A DNA stretch of 63,723 bases, counting the filler, from Nemertoderma westbladi (taxonomy: Eukaryota; Animalia; Xenacoelomorpha): NCBI GenBank assembly GCA_032718475.1. It is 4 parts of 4 records of this genome, joined end to end, with 100 filler letters (N's around TTAATTAATTAA, not from the genome) between each part and the next. Parts side by side here need not be neighbours in the genome. Positions count along the whole stretch, not along the records: positions 57,217 to 63,723 come from JAUCBJ010000975.1; 3 more parts are not named here. One strand, given 5' to 3'. The translations under genes were made by a program, and so were the position numbers. How positions within the stretch are numbered: position 1 is the first letter of the stretch; each line of letters begins with the position of its first letter. Of this stretch, positions 63,685 to 63,723 are shown one piece after another. The notes under the pieces were generated by a model. It saw only the letters and a list, made by a program, of their open reading frames with translations, did not search any database and was not told where the DNA came from.

Positions 63685-63723
63685 TTCTCTAGATAAATAT
63701 AATAATATTGCATGACAAAAATG

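Overview
AT-rich, repeat-dense eukaryotic (metazoan, probably invertebrate) genomic window. It consists of four contigs joined by 100-bp N/TTAATTAATTAA spacers. Host genes are few and intron-poor: a divergent FBXO22-like F-box/FIST gene with an adjacent disrupted 5' paralog, dimethylglycine dehydrogenase (two large exons, 3' end lost at a gap), CANT1 apyrase and a galactose-3-O-sulfotransferase. The rest is a mosaic of mobile DNA: a BEL/Pao pol remnant interrupted by a near-intact L2 LINE, RTE and CR1 fragments, tRNA-derived SINEs, non-autonomous Helitron-like elements, many MITEs with readable TIRs/TSDs (some nested), and many minisatellites. The most striking element is at 2670-3226: two almost perfect ~220-bp inverted arms enclose a tRNA-like Pol III cassette fused directly to a minimal type I hammerhead ribozyme with a palindromic, dimer-type stem III. 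All family assignments come from motif recognition by eye; no database searches were run.
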